Shown: piece by piece, positions 1 to 9,953 of the stretch | How the letters are laid out: every line of letters starts with the position of its first letter | Position numbering within the stretch: position 1 is the stretch's first letter | Assembly (NCBI GenBank): GCA_963666365.2 | Contig: CAXXNF010000002.1 | Coordinates: forward strand, 1,664,001 to 1,728,000 | From: Syntrophales bacterium | GTDB taxonomy: Bacteria > Desulfobacterota > Syntrophia > Syntrophales > UBA2210 | Direction: 5' to 3' | Length of the DNA stretch: 64,000 bases | Position numbers and translations under genes: made by a program | Notes under the pieces: generated by a model | Told to the model about the DNA's origin: nothing | Databases searched by the model: none | Seen by the model: the letters and a program-made list of their open reading frames with translations, nothing else

Positions 1-170
1 GATCACGGCAACACATCATTCTTTGCCCTAATGGGGCCGCGGCTGAGCTGCGGTCCGAGGAAAATTGTAATTTTCTGAGGGCCGGCAGATCAAGCCGCGT
101 GTTCGTCCGCCGCAGGCGGCGGCACGCGGCGATAGTCGCGGCCCCATTCATCCCGACCGCTTGCGGTCGG

Positions 171-230
171 GATGAACGCTACAAATCAGCCGCGCTACTT
201 TTGGCGTCGGCTGCATTTGTTTTGTTATGT
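171..230 (-). mobile_element. integron attC site of the flavodoxin-domain cassette
   Basis: Minus strand reads ACATAAC-AAAACAAATGCAGCCGACGC-caaaagta-GCGCGGCTGATTTGTAGC-GTTCATC. It has AAC/GTT cores and an imperfect hairpin with two unpaired bases, and lies 12 bp after the stop of 243..1625. Confidence 0.85.
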
Positions 231-242
231 GATTCACTATCA

Positions 243-1625
243 TTAATATTTTTCAATAAGCCGTCGCATCCTCTTAATGGGTATATCTCTTAAATTACTA
301 TAAAATATCCTTCTGAATTTGGGAATCTTGGTTAACAACATCATTATGGCCGTGGCAATTCGAACACCATAATCTTTCTGAGGAAAGTCATACTTTCCAT
401 GTTCTTTAAAATACCTGTGATCGGACTGCCATATCATGCGAAGCCGGCCCCAGATATCATCACGAAATATTTTATGACCGCCGACTCCAAGAAAATTTTT
501 TGGTTTGATATAATTTTGTTCGGAAAAACGTACCAACCGTTCTGCAAAATTCTGTAGTAGGTTATCTATTTCAAGGGAATCTTCACTTTCGTCGGTTATG
601 ATATCAACATGATTTGAATCCTGCCTGGCAAATGAAGATGCTTCAAGATACTGAATGAGATTAGGTGTCTGGCTCAGGGGACCGGAGATGATGTACCCCA
701 TTTGCTTACCAACCAGTGACGGCGTGTGATTCCAGAAAAAAGCCCGGTCGTAGAATGTCTTCCATTCGGAGGACAAAAATCGTCCTTTGACAGATCCGGC
801 GAATACTATAATATCCGATGTTCGGACCTGATTATTATAAAAATCTGCAAATCCGTCCTTATACTGACAATTATAGTCGTATCCACATCGCATGCATCCC
901 AGGCATCCACCTTTTATATCGATATCATCAAGTTGAACCACTTCCACATTATTCTCTAAATCAAATGATTCCAGAAATCTATTGACCATTTTCATTAGAT
1001 TTGAATTACTATCTGATGAATCCGTTAAGACAATGACTTTTTTACCTCTGGGACTGACTCTATTTGTCGCAGGTGATGGGTGATAGTTAAACTCACTGTA
1101 TGTCAGGGGCTTAAACAATTTCGAGGTTGCGTAGTGATTCTGAATCGCATTAAAAAAATTTTCAGCAAAGGTAACAATAGTTTTCCTTTCATCTTCTTTT
1201 CTAAGGTCAATAAGATCAAGTGAAAGACCATCTGAGTATTTCATCTCGAGATCTTCAGCAACAGATCTGATATAGTTATGAGCAGTATGATCAAAATAGT
1301 GAATTGAGGTTGATAATGCTGCTGTATATTTGTTTTTGAAAGCATCTTGAGCTGATCTTTCTGAAATCAATTCTATAAATCGCATATACTGAGCAGATAC
1401 AACCAGCACCCATAAGCCAAAAGCCCACAAGATGCCATCTGAGTTTTTAATTTCATCGATTATTGTCCCAAAATAATCACTATCTTTCTCCAACTTTATG
1501 ATATTTTTGGCAACATTAAAAACTTTGAACTCGTGCTGGGGAAATTTTTTTTGGATAAATTTCACATATTGCAGAGTGATGCTCGATTCACCTTTTGGGC
1601 TTCCATTTAGCACAGTAATTTTCAT
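243..1625 (-). CDS. NAD(P)H-dependent flavodoxin-fold / iron-sulfur flavoprotein with tandem domains (gene cassette)
   Basis: N-terminal LNGSPK FMN-binding motif; second domain has CLGCMRC...C; AT-rich; flanked by attC sites. Confidence 0.8.
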   Translation of the reverse strand: MKITVLNGSPKGESSITLQYVKFIQKKFPQHEFKVFNVAKNIIKLEKDSDYFGTIIDEIKNSDGILWAFGLWVLVVSAQYMRFIELISERSAQDAFKNKYTAALSTSIHYFDHTAHNYIRSVAEDLEMKYSDGLSLDLIDLRKEDERKTIVTFAENFFNAIQNHYATSKLFKPLTYSEFNYHPSPATNRVSPRGKKVIVLTDSSDSNSNLMKMVNRFLESFDLENNVEVVQLDDIDIKGGCLGCMRCGYDYNCQYKDGFADFYNNQVRTSDIIVFAGSVKGRFLSSEWKTFYDRAFFWNHTPSLVGKQMGYIISGPLSQTPNLIQYLEASSFARQDSNHVDIITDESEDSLEIDNLLQNFAERLVRFSEQNYIKPKNFLGVGGHKIFRDDIWGRLRMIWQSDHRYFKEHGKYDFPQKDYGVRIATAIMMLLTKIPKFRRIFYSNLRDIPIKRMRRLIEKY

Positions 1626-1651
1626 TGCATATTTCCTTTAAAATCATATTC

Positions 1652-1709
1652 ATATAACGTGGCCTTTAGCGGCGCTTTTTTTGCGTCCGCTGGAAGGCAT
1701 AGGTTAGAT
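1652..1709 (-). mobile_element. integron attC site of the MFS cassette
   Basis: Minus strand reads ATCTAAC...GCCTTCCAGCGGACGC-aaaaaaa-GCGCCGCTAAAGGC...GTTATAT. RYYYAAC and GTT cores, 58 bp, immediately after the MFS stop. Confidence 0.85.
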
Positions 1710-1718
1710 GTGTTCGAT

Positions 1719-2996
1719 TCATAGCAACGTTTCACGACTTCGATCATTCATCATCAACAATGATATGACGCTTACCACAGCCAACGAAGACAAATAGAAG
1801 GCTGGAACTGATAGCACCGAGGTCTTGTCGATCAGCCAAGTTGCGACCATTGGTGTTGTTCCTCCCACCATTCCTATTCCAATGTTGAAGGTGACAGAGT
1901 ATCCTGTCAAACGATCATCGGTTGGAAATAGTTCAACCAGAAGAGCAGGTGCCGATCCCAGAGGAAAAACAATCAGCACTGCAAAGATCAACTGTGCCGC
2001 CAGCACCTGAGCGTATTCACCACTTAGAATTAATTCAAACATGGGATAGGCTAATATGGCTAATAGAAAGAAACCTATAGCCAGGAAATGGGTACGCCGA
2101 ATGAAACGGTCACCGACCCAACCGGATACGGGAATGAGAACCAAAATCATAGCCGTGGCTATGGTATTAATCTGCATGGCAGTGTCCAAAGACATACTGG
2201 TATTTCGCTGAATATAATTAGGCAGATATACCAACGGGATGTAGAAAGTAACACCATATCCTGCTGTGAAAGCCAAAGCTTGAAAGGTTTTCTTCTTATC
2301 TTTAGTAAATGCTTCTTTAAGTGGAGACCGGGATTTATGCTTTTTATCCCTACGGCTAATATGCCCCTCGTGTAATCTCTTAACTTGGGACCAAGCGAGT
2401 ATGCCCAGCAGCAGACCTACTAAAAATGGAATACGCCACCCCCAAGTTTCCGCGAAATGCTGCGATGAAAAAGTAGTAACCACTGTTGCTGCCCCTGAAC
2501 CCAAAAGTAGCCCGGCAGTGCTGCCGACGTTTGCCCAACTGCCTGCCAACCCACGCCGGTTTTGTGGGGCCGTTTCGACCATGTATGTAACTGAACCGCT
2601 AAACTCTCCACCGACAGAGAGTCCCTGAATCAATCGCAGTGCAATGAGGAGCAATGAGGCTGCAATTCCGATCTGTGCATATGTCGGCAGGGCACCGAGA
2701 ACAAAGGTTGGTACGGTCATCAACATGACTGAAAGGACGAGAACCTTGCGACGACCAATGCGATCACCAATATATCCGAATATGGCACCACCCAAAGGCC
2801 TCATCAGGAACCCGCAGGCAAACACAGCCCATGTTGCCAGCAAGGCACTTGTCGTATTACTGTCTGGAAAGAATGCGGCTGAGATGTACGGTACGAAATA
2901 GCCGAATAGCGCGAAATCGTACCACTCCATCACATTGCCTATCAATCCTGCAACGATGCCGGAACTTGACTGGCTTTTGTGGATATTGAATTTCAT
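1719..2996 (-). CDS. MFS transporter, ProP/MHS family
   Basis: GNVMEWYDF, RPLGG..FG.IGDRIGRR and QGLSVGGE motifs; about 12 TM segments. Confidence 0.9.
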   Translation of the reverse strand: MKFNIHKSQSSSGIVAGLIGNVMEWYDFALFGYFVPYISAAFFPDSNTTSALLATWAVFACGFLMRPLGGAIFGYIGDRIGRRKVLVLSVMLMTVPTFVLGALPTYAQIGIAASLLLIALRLIQGLSVGGEFSGSVTYMVETAPQNRRGLAGSWANVGSTAGLLLGSGAATVVTTFSSQHFAETWGWRIPFLVGLLLGILAWSQVKRLHEGHISRRDKKHKSRSPLKEAFTKDKKKTFQALAFTAGYGVTFYIPLVYLPNYIQRNTSMSLDTAMQINTIATAMILVLIPVSGWVGDRFIRRTHFLAIGFFLLAILAYPMFELILSGEYAQVLAAQLIFAVLIVFPLGSAPALLVELFPTDDRLTGYSVTFNIGIGMVGGTTPMVATWLIDKTSVLSVPAFYLSSLAVVSVISLLMMNDRSRETLL

Positions 2997-3251
2997 CAGG
3001 TAAATTTCTCCTATACATTTTCGTAAATTATCTCAGAATCACAGGTGAGTCCGTTGATTATACCATCAATAGTTTGTGGATTGTTTCTCAAGCTTGCTTG
3101 CCGCTTATCAGCTATAAAAATAGATCCTTGTTGCGCAATACAGTCATTGGCGGTCTTTATTATTTTGTTATTATTAGAACAAGCACGATATTTCTATTTA
3201 TTTTTATTTCGATTGATTCACGCCGAAGTTTATCTTTCTATCATATAAGAA

Positions 3252-3423
3252 CACTAGTGTCCGGAAAAAGTTAAATTCATAGATAAATGTCTTGTAAGTA
3301 CTTGAATTATTTGATCCGGCTTTCGCAAATAAAATTGAAGTCGACGCACTCGTTAAATGTTCGTAAGCTGTTGTATTATAAAGATTAAATGCTAGTATCT
3401 GTCGATTATTCCGGACACTAGTG
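3252..3423. mobile_element. MITE-like element
   Basis: Perfect 15-bp inverted repeats CACTAGTGTCCGGAA / TTCCGGACACTAGTG, each containing CTAG (possible target duplication); AT-rich non-coding interior. Confidence 0.7.
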
Positions 3424-3451
3424 ATACAGTATATAAAAATAATCGTTCAGG

Positions 3452-3537
3452 GTAACCTATGTCCTGACACCAAAATCGGCTTTAAAAGTAACCTATGTCA
3501 TGACACTTTTGGGTAACCTATGTTATGACCTTTGACA
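3452..3537 (-). mobile_element. orphan transposon end with three subterminal repeats
   Basis: Three copies of GTAACCTATGT(C/T)(C/A)TGAC at 3452, 3488 and 3513, ending in ...TTTGACA (5'-TGTCA on the minus strand). Confidence 0.6.
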
Positions 3538-3545
3538 ATTATTAA

Positions 3546-3851
3546 ATGAAATCTGTTAAAGAGTGCTGGATCGAGAGAGCACCTCCTTCTGCTATGGCTG
3601 TGCGAAGAAAGCCCCCGCCGGGAACGAAGCACAGATACGTGTTGGTGGTTACGGAAGACACCAATTCCGAAAAGATCATTCAGACCTGGGAAGGTGATAG
3701 ATGAAATTTCCTCGGGGCGGTTCAGGAAACGGGGATCTGCGATCGTAAGGCGATTATGGATTTTTATGCCAACGAATATGCCTATCCCAATAAGTTGTTC
3801 GATAGGTTTGCATCGGGAGGAATGATCACAACCATCCCTGTGGATAAATGA
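3546..3851 (+). pseudogene. possible gene fragment with an internal TGA
   Basis: Protein-like frame (HRYVLVVTEDTNSEKIIQTWEGDR*NFLGAVQETG...) with a stop at 3702-3704; abuts the transposon end. Confidence 0.3.
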
Positions 3852-4334
3852 CCCCCCTTTTTTACAAAGGGCTTGAATAACGCAAATAGCGTTATCGCGC
3901 TGATTCACGTTCCCGGAGCTACCACCCGCGATTCGGTGGCAGCTTCGGGAAATATCAGGCAGTTAAGTCAGCCCCGAAAGCACATAAAAAAAACCCTTTC
4001 CATTTTCCAATAAAAAGACTAGAATAACAGCAACTTCGTCGGTTGAAATCTATACCGTCACGGAAAAACGCACAGACAATGGGTGGACTCGATTACATCC
4101 ATGAGATCATTCGTGTAAACAATCAAATAAGCTCTCCTGCAACTCATTTTAGACAATATTCTCCGAATTTATACCCCACCCACTTTCGCCTGCGATGAGA
4201 AACGGTATCTATCGGATATTCAGCAATGTCTCCAATGAGTGAATTGTTCCTGATTTACCATTCAAAATTATTCTTCTGTGGTGTTCTGTAAAACAAACCG
4301 AAAATCAAAAGATTTTTTTATAGAGGACAGGACC

Positions 4335-7300
4335 ATGGAGAAATCATTAAAGAACTTTAGGATGTTCCCGATTCTTTGGCGAGTGTTGTCTCGCTATTCT
4401 CTATATGCCGGATGCAGACAATCCGACTACCACTTAATTACACGACGCTTTCATACGGTCGCGGCGGTTGTTTCCGTCATGTCGTTCCTGGCTTTGATGT
4501 TAACAGTGCCCCAGGCAAGTGCCGAATGGGCGGTCAGAGCGACGGGGACAACCCAACATCTCAGGGGCGGTTGGATTGCGCCGGACGGATCGATGTTCGC
4601 GGTGGGAGACGGAGGAACGATCCTGCAATCTGCCGGCAATGACTGGGTTATCATGGATTCCGGCACCAGCAACGCCCTCTACGACGTTTGGGGCTGTTCC
4701 ACCGACAATGTAGTTGCCTCGGGCGTCGATATTATACTGCGTTACGATGGGACATCCTGGGGACCGATCGCCACCTCTGACACCGAATCGATATACGCAC
4801 CGGTGTGGATGACGCCCGAAGGCGACAAGATTTTTGCGGTCAGCCCGTCCTTTACGGGAGGATATCTGCAGGTGTATCACGTGGACACCGAAAGCTGGGA
4901 GGGATGGGGGCGCTTTGTCGGAACCGTTTTGGCTTTCGCCGGAGTCAGCAACGATGTCACCATGGTCCAGAGTGACGGCAACATTGAGCGATTAGATAAC
5001 GATCTGGGGACCACCGAATTCATATACAACATTTACGAACAGGAGTCTCCCCCATTTTCACAACTGGGAGCCGCCTGGATCAATCCTGCCGACTGTCGCG
5101 AAGTTTTCGCGGCGAGTCAATGGAGTGCGAATATTTATCACTTTAACGGCACGGTCTGGACCAATATGAATGCCGGCATTTCTTCCGGTACCAGCATATT
5201 CGCAATAACCGGGAGAAGCGCCAACGACATCTATACGGTAGGCGTGAATGGAACTGAAGGGGTGGTTTGGCACTACGACGGCAACAGTTGGACCCAGGAA
5301 ATCACCCCCGAGATCTCCGGTCTCATCGATGTGGCCGTCGGAAGCCCGGCCAACGCCTGGGGAGAATACGGTCTTCATTTGTATGAGGTGTGGCCGGCTG
5401 CGGATCTGACTATTGAAAAGAACGCCGGTCAGGCAGGCTACATGAAGGGAGACGTGGCCGAGTTCACCCTCACCGTCACCAATAACGGGCCGGCGGATGC
5501 CAGCGGCGTACAGGTATTCGATACGCTCCCGGGCGGACTAGAACCGGTCCGATATCCCGATGGCAGTCTCGCAGCTGAAGCGTCAAATTTTGCTACAATC
5601 GGTTATGATGCCGATTCCGGGCTTCTCAGTTCCTTCCTCGGGGATATGGGGGCGGGAGCAACTGTGGAAATCAAGATGTCGGTGCAGACCGCTTCCGCCG
5701 GAGAGTTCACCAATACGGCAACGGTCATCGGAATGGTGGCCGACCCCGACAGTGAAAACAACAGCAGCGATTTTCAATATCGCGTGGTCGATCCCGAAGC
5801 AACGGCGACCAGCGGCAGCAACTTTCCGAGCAGCGCTACGGCCGGCGATCCCGTCAACACATTCACGGGAGAACTGATCATCAGGGAAGCATCGGATCTT
5901 TTCCTTCCCGGACCTATGCCGGTTTATTTTCAGCGCTACTATGCCTCCGGTTTGCGGCGGGCGTTCGTAGTCTCCCGCGTGGGCGACAACTGGCGTCACA
6001 ACTTTGACTGGACCATTCACTGGGTGGGCAATGTGCTGGCCATCAAAACGAACGAGGGCCTTGTTATCCGATACCTGAAATCCGACACCGTTGCAAATAC
6101 CTGGGTGCAGCAAAACAATCTCGCGTCTCCCCACGAGGTCATCCAGGTTACGCAAGAGTCCGTGACTTCCTTCTTCGTGCTCGATCCTCAGACAAACCAT
6201 ATCCTGCGGTTCACCGTGCCGAGCGGTTTTCATTCTTTCCGCCTTACGGAAATCCGAAACGGAAGGGGCTGCAGTGTGGCCCTCAGCTACAATGATGACG
6301 GCGATCTCGTGGAAGTCACCGACGGGTTGGACCGCACATTGACCTTTACCTACGACGAAAATGCGAACAACGCAGCACGCAAGCTGAGAATCATAAGCGA
6401 CGGCATCCGTTCCGTCCAGCTTACCTATGACGGCGACCTGTTGACTCAGGTCAGAGATCCCACCGGCAGCTTTACCGAGTACGCCTACGATAAGGCCCAT
6501 ACCGACTCGGGACTGCTGAAATACAAGCAACTGCCCGGAGGCACCATCCCCATCAAATATATGTGGGATGACATAGGAAAAGTCGCCAGCCAGACCGATG
6601 CAGAAGATCATTCGACCACTTTCAGTTATGTGTACGGCATCGGAGGCGCCACCACCACCGTCACCGGTCCTACAGACAAGACATCCACCCACGAGTTCGA
6701 CGCCAGCGGCAGGCTCACCAAGGCAACGAATGCGGCAGGAGAAGCCCGGGAAACCGGCAATGACGCCATCGGATTGCGAAGCTCGGTAACGCAGCCTCTC
6801 GGGGGTATTTGTTCCACCACATTCGATTCGGCCACCGGCAACCCCCTTTCCGCCACCAATGCCGCCGGCACCACCATCCGGAACGAATACGTTGAGCGGA
6901 CCGTCTCCCCCGGTTTTACCTTCAGGGAACTCAGCGCCGTCCGTTATCCGGACGACCGGTCGCTTACCTTCACATATGATACTCACGGATATCAGGTAAG
7001 CTACACGGACCGCGGGGGCAATACCTGGACGCGTACCTTTAACGATTGGGGACAGCTGTTGACGGTAACCAACCCCCTCGGGGGTGTCGAAACCCACACC
7101 TACAATACGGACGGCACCCGTGCCACCACCACGGATGCCGCCGGGAACACCACGAGTTACGAGTACGACACCCTCAAACGTCTCACCCGAACCATCCATC
7201 CGGACGAGACCTTTCGCAGTTTCACTTACGACAATGCCAACCGGCTGACTTCCGTTACCGCTGAGAGCGGGGCCTCCACCCTCTTCACCCACGACCAGGA

Positions 7301-9896
7301 CGGGGCCGTCATGTCCGTCGAGGATCCGAACGGCAACACCGAGACCCGCACCTATGACAGCAACGGGCGTCTTGCAAGCGTCACGGACCGAACCGGTGCA
7401 ATGCGCACCTTCTCCTACAATTCGACGGGACTGCTCGAAACGCTTACCTTGAGCAGCGAGGAAGTCTACAGTGTCGGGTACGATGATGCCGAGAGGTTGA
7501 CATCGCTGGGGTTACCGGACGGAAGTTCCTACAACCGCTCCTACGACACCAACGGCCGCCTGACCGGCAACAGGAGCCGCGGCGGCGGAAACGAAACGGT
7601 CACACTCAGCAATACGGGTCAAATTCTTACGCGCACCGACGCCGAGGGCTATGCGACCGAATTCACCTACGACGTATTAGGCCGCATACTGTCCCGCACC
7701 TCTCCCACCGGCAAGCAGGAAGTCTATACCTACTCCGACAACGATACGATCGAAACCTTCACGATCCAACCTCTTGGGCTCTCGACAAGCATGCAGTACA
7801 ATGCCCTGAAACGGTTAACCTCTCTTACCGATCCCAACGGCAATACGTGGACATATACCTACGACGACCAGGGGCGGACCTTATCTTCCACCGACCCGTT
7901 GGGAAATACGATGGAATTCAGTTACAACAGCCGCAACAGGCTTTCCGAAACCGTCTTCCCGGGAGAGTTGGGAGCCATGAACGCGTCCTACAATGCCTCC
8001 GGTCATCTGACTCGGAGACTGTTTACCGATGGAACGGACATAAACTTTTCCTACGACAGTCTCGGCCGGTTGACGGCGCTGGAAGGCGTAACCCTTTACT
8101 ACGATGCCGAAAGCCGGATCGTCGCCTGTAACGGGATCGCCGCCAACTACATCCCGGACTGCCATCGGATGTCGACACTAACCCTCGCTCCGGGAAAAAC
8201 AGTGACCTACACCTACAATACGGCCGGTCAAGTAACCCGGATACAAGACTGGGCTGACGGAGAGCTGTCTTTTACCTACGATTCGGAGGGACAAATCGCG
8301 ACGATTGCTCGTTCCAACGGCACGGAAACCGCCTTGACCTACGACGCCAACGGTCGCGTCATCAATATCTGGCACGGATCTCTGGCCGATATTTCTCTGA
8401 CGCGAGATGCGAGCGGCCGGCCAACAGCCGCGATGCGGGATCTTCCGGTCAGCTTCCCTATGCGTCTGCTCGACGATACCCATTCCTATTCCTACGATGA
8501 GGCCGGACATATCACGCAGTTCACATACGATGACCTTGGCCGGCTGATCGAAGACGACCGAGGCACCTACGCCTGGGATCTGGCATCCCGTCTGAAGAGT
8601 TACACGCGGGCCGGAAAGACCGTAACCTTTACCCAAAACGGCTTCGGCCATCTGCTCACTCGGACGGCCCGGGGAACCACACGTTCTTTTGTATGGAATT
8701 ACGCCTTTCCCTTCCCAGCAATCAGCATCGTCCGCGAGGCCGGAAACGACCAACGCTACTTCGTCCATCATCCTTACGGGATGCTTCTCTACAGTATTTC
8801 GGCAACAGATAATTCGCGGTGGTTCTATCACTTCGATGAACGGGGGAACACGGTTCTCATCACCGACAGTGACGGCGCAGTTATTGCGGCATACGCCTAC
8901 TCGCCTTACGGAGCGATACAGACCACCAATAAAGATATTGACAATCCCTTCACCTTCGGCGGTCAATATGGCGTTATACAAGAGGCTAACACAGGACTTT
9001 ACCTCATGACAGAGCGTTTTTATGACAGTCAAACCCAGCGATTTTTATCCATGGAACCTCTTACCCCCTACCTTCATCCCCTCACCACCAACCCTTATCA
9101 GTATGCTGCAGCAAATCCCATGTCCCATGTCGATCCCCTCGGAAAGCTCCCCAATGAAACCGATGCCATCGCACAGGAGGCTGGTGGCGGTGATGCGCTC
9201 GGTACATTTTTCACCGCATCCGGACTCATTACCAATGCGATTGACTCGGTCGGGACCGTTCTGGGAAACATGGCGGAGGAAACAGCAAAGGCCGCCAGCC
9301 GGGCTCTGGGCAGCAGTCTCACATTAGGGCATGCAGCGGGAGAGTTCATTGATGCTCACCTTGGCGGCAACGAGATGAGTCGCAAGGTACTGCGAAGGGC
9401 TGAGGAATACATGGACGAATTCACCCGTCTTGATAAACAGGCGAACCGATTGGCTGGCACAAGCGACTCCCTAAAAACAGTTGGAAAGATAGGAGACGGC
9501 TTAGGTGCCTTAAGCGCCGGTTACGAGGTCTGGAAATTTCGAGAAAAGAGTTCAAGGGGCCTGGAAGGTTATAAGCGGCTCACCAGATCAATCATGCGCA
9601 CATGGAGACGATGCGATGCTGAGGCGTTCGAGACCTTCGAAAAGCAGAAAAATTCGGAATACTGGCTGAGGAAACGGCTTATCATAAACAAATACAATGC
9701 GAAGAGGAACTTACTCAGCGCCGAATTAGATTTCTATGATAATTTGGGAATCAATCTTTTCACGACAGTGGGAGATGCCATGTGGAACGCCGTTCCTTAC
9801 GGAGATGCGGTAGGTCTTTTCGGAGGAACGGAGGCGATAGCCAACTGTGCCCATCGCCACATCTGGGCACCTATTTATAATAGCAGTGGTGAATAA
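4335..9896 (+). CDS. secreted RHS/YD-repeat protein: beta-propeller-like N-terminus, DUF11-like Ig domain, RHS shell and core, about 250-aa C-terminal payload
   Basis: Signal-like segment ending PQASA-EW; AVGDGGTIL/HYDGNSW repeats; ADLTIEK..FTLTVTNNGP; GDPVNTFTG; many YD repeats; core ending NPYQYAAANPMSHVDPLG. Start codon uncertain. Confidence 0.9.
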   Translation: MEKSLKNFRMFPILWRVLSRYSLYAGCRQSDYHLITRRFHTVAAVVSVMSFLALMLTVPQASAEWAVRATGTTQHLRGGWIAPDGSMFAVGDGGTILQSAGNDWVIMDSGTSNALYDVWGCSTDNVVASGVDIILRYDGTSWGPIATSDTESIYAPVWMTPEGDKIFAVSPSFTGGYLQVYHVDTESWEGWGRFVGTVLAFAGVSNDVTMVQSDGNIERLDNDLGTTEFIYNIYEQESPPFSQLGAAWINPADCREVFAASQWSANIYHFNGTVWTNMNAGISSGTSIFAITGRSANDIYTVGVNGTEGVVWHYDGNSWTQEITPEISGLIDVAVGSPANAWGEYGLHLYEVWPAADLTIEKNAGQAGYMKGDVAEFTLTVTNNGPADASGVQVFDTLPGGLEPVRYPDGSLAAEASNFATIGYDADSGLLSSFLGDMGAGATVEIKMSVQTASAGEFTNTATVIGMVADPDSENNSSDFQYRVVDPEATATSGSNFPSSATAGDPVNTFTGELIIREASDLFLPGPMPVYFQRYYASGLRRAFVVSRVGDNWRHNFDWTIHWVGNVLAIKTNEGLVIRYLKSDTVANTWVQQNNLASPHEVIQVTQESVTSFFVLDPQTNHILRFTVPSGFHSFRLTEIRNGRGCSVALSYNDDGDLVEVTDGLDRTLTFTYDENANNAARKLRIISDGIRSVQLTYDGDLLTQVRDPTGSFTEYAYDKAHTDSGLLKYKQLPGGTIPIKYMWDDIGKVASQTDAEDHSTTFSYVYGIGGATTTVTGPTDKTSTHEFDASGRLTKATNAAGEARETGNDAIGLRSSVTQPLGGICSTTFDSATGNPLSATNAAGTTIRNEYVERTVSPGFTFRELSAVRYPDDRSLTFTYDTHGYQVSYTDRGGNTWTRTFNDWGQLLTVTNPLGGVETHTYNTDGTRATTTDAAGNTTSYEYDTLKRLTRTIHPDETFRSFTYDNANRLTSVTAESGASTLFTHDQDGAVMSVEDPNGNTETRTYDSNGRLASVTDRTGAMRTFSYNSTGLLETLTLSSEEVYSVGYDDAERLTSLGLPDGSSYNRSYDTNGRLTGNRSRGGGNETVTLSNTGQILTRTDAEGYATEFTYDVLGRILSRTSPTGKQEVYTYSDNDTIETFTIQPLGLSTSMQYNALKRLTSLTDPNGNTWTYTYDDQGRTLSSTDPLGNTMEFSYNSRNRLSETVFPGELGAMNASYNASGHLTRRLFTDGTDINFSYDSLGRLTALEGVTLYYDAESRIVACNGIAANYIPDCHRMSTLTLAPGKTVTYTYNTAGQVTRIQDWADGELSFTYDSEGQIATIARSNGTETALTYDANGRVINIWHGSLADISLTRDASGRPTAAMRDLPVSFPMRLLDDTHSYSYDEAGHITQFTYDDLGRLIEDDRGTYAWDLASRLKSYTRAGKTVTFTQNGFGHLLTRTARGTTRSFVWNYAFPFPAISIVREAGNDQRYFVHHPYGMLLYSISATDNSRWFYHFDERGNTVLITDSDGAVIAAYAYSPYGAIQTTNKDIDNPFTFGGQYGVIQEANTGLYLMTERFYDSQTQRFLSMEPLTPYLHPLTTNPYQYAAANPMSHVDPLGKLPNETDAIAQEAGGGDALGTFFTASGLITNAIDSVGTVLGNMAEETAKAASRALGSSLTLGHAAGEFIDAHLGGNEMSRKVLRRAEEYMDEFTRLDKQANRLAGTSDSLKTVGKIGDGLGALSAGYEVWKFREKSSRGLEGYKRLTRSIMRTWRRCDAEAFETFEKQKNSEYWLRKRLIINKYNAKRNLLSAELDFYDNLGINLFTTVGDAMWNAVPYGDAVGLFGGTEAIANCAHRHIWAPIYNSSGE

Positions 9897-9953
9897 TTCA
9901 GGAACATCTGCCTCTTCGGTAAACCGTCACGGGCAGTGTTGATGGGGGAAAAA

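Noticed and set aside
3452..3529. CRISPR-like repeats
   Set aside because: Only three short repeats with irregular spacers under 20 bp and no cas genes; a transposon end fits better.
3702..3704. Selenocysteine readthrough at an in-frame TGA
   Set aside because: No redox motif or convincing SECIS; a nonsense mutation in a fragment is simpler.
5583..7292. 569-aa antisense ORF, and similar shadow ORFs such as 21837..22832, 35435..36499, 46619..47611 and 58037..58981
   Set aside because: They lie opposite well-supported genes, have no motifs, and are expected from codon bias.
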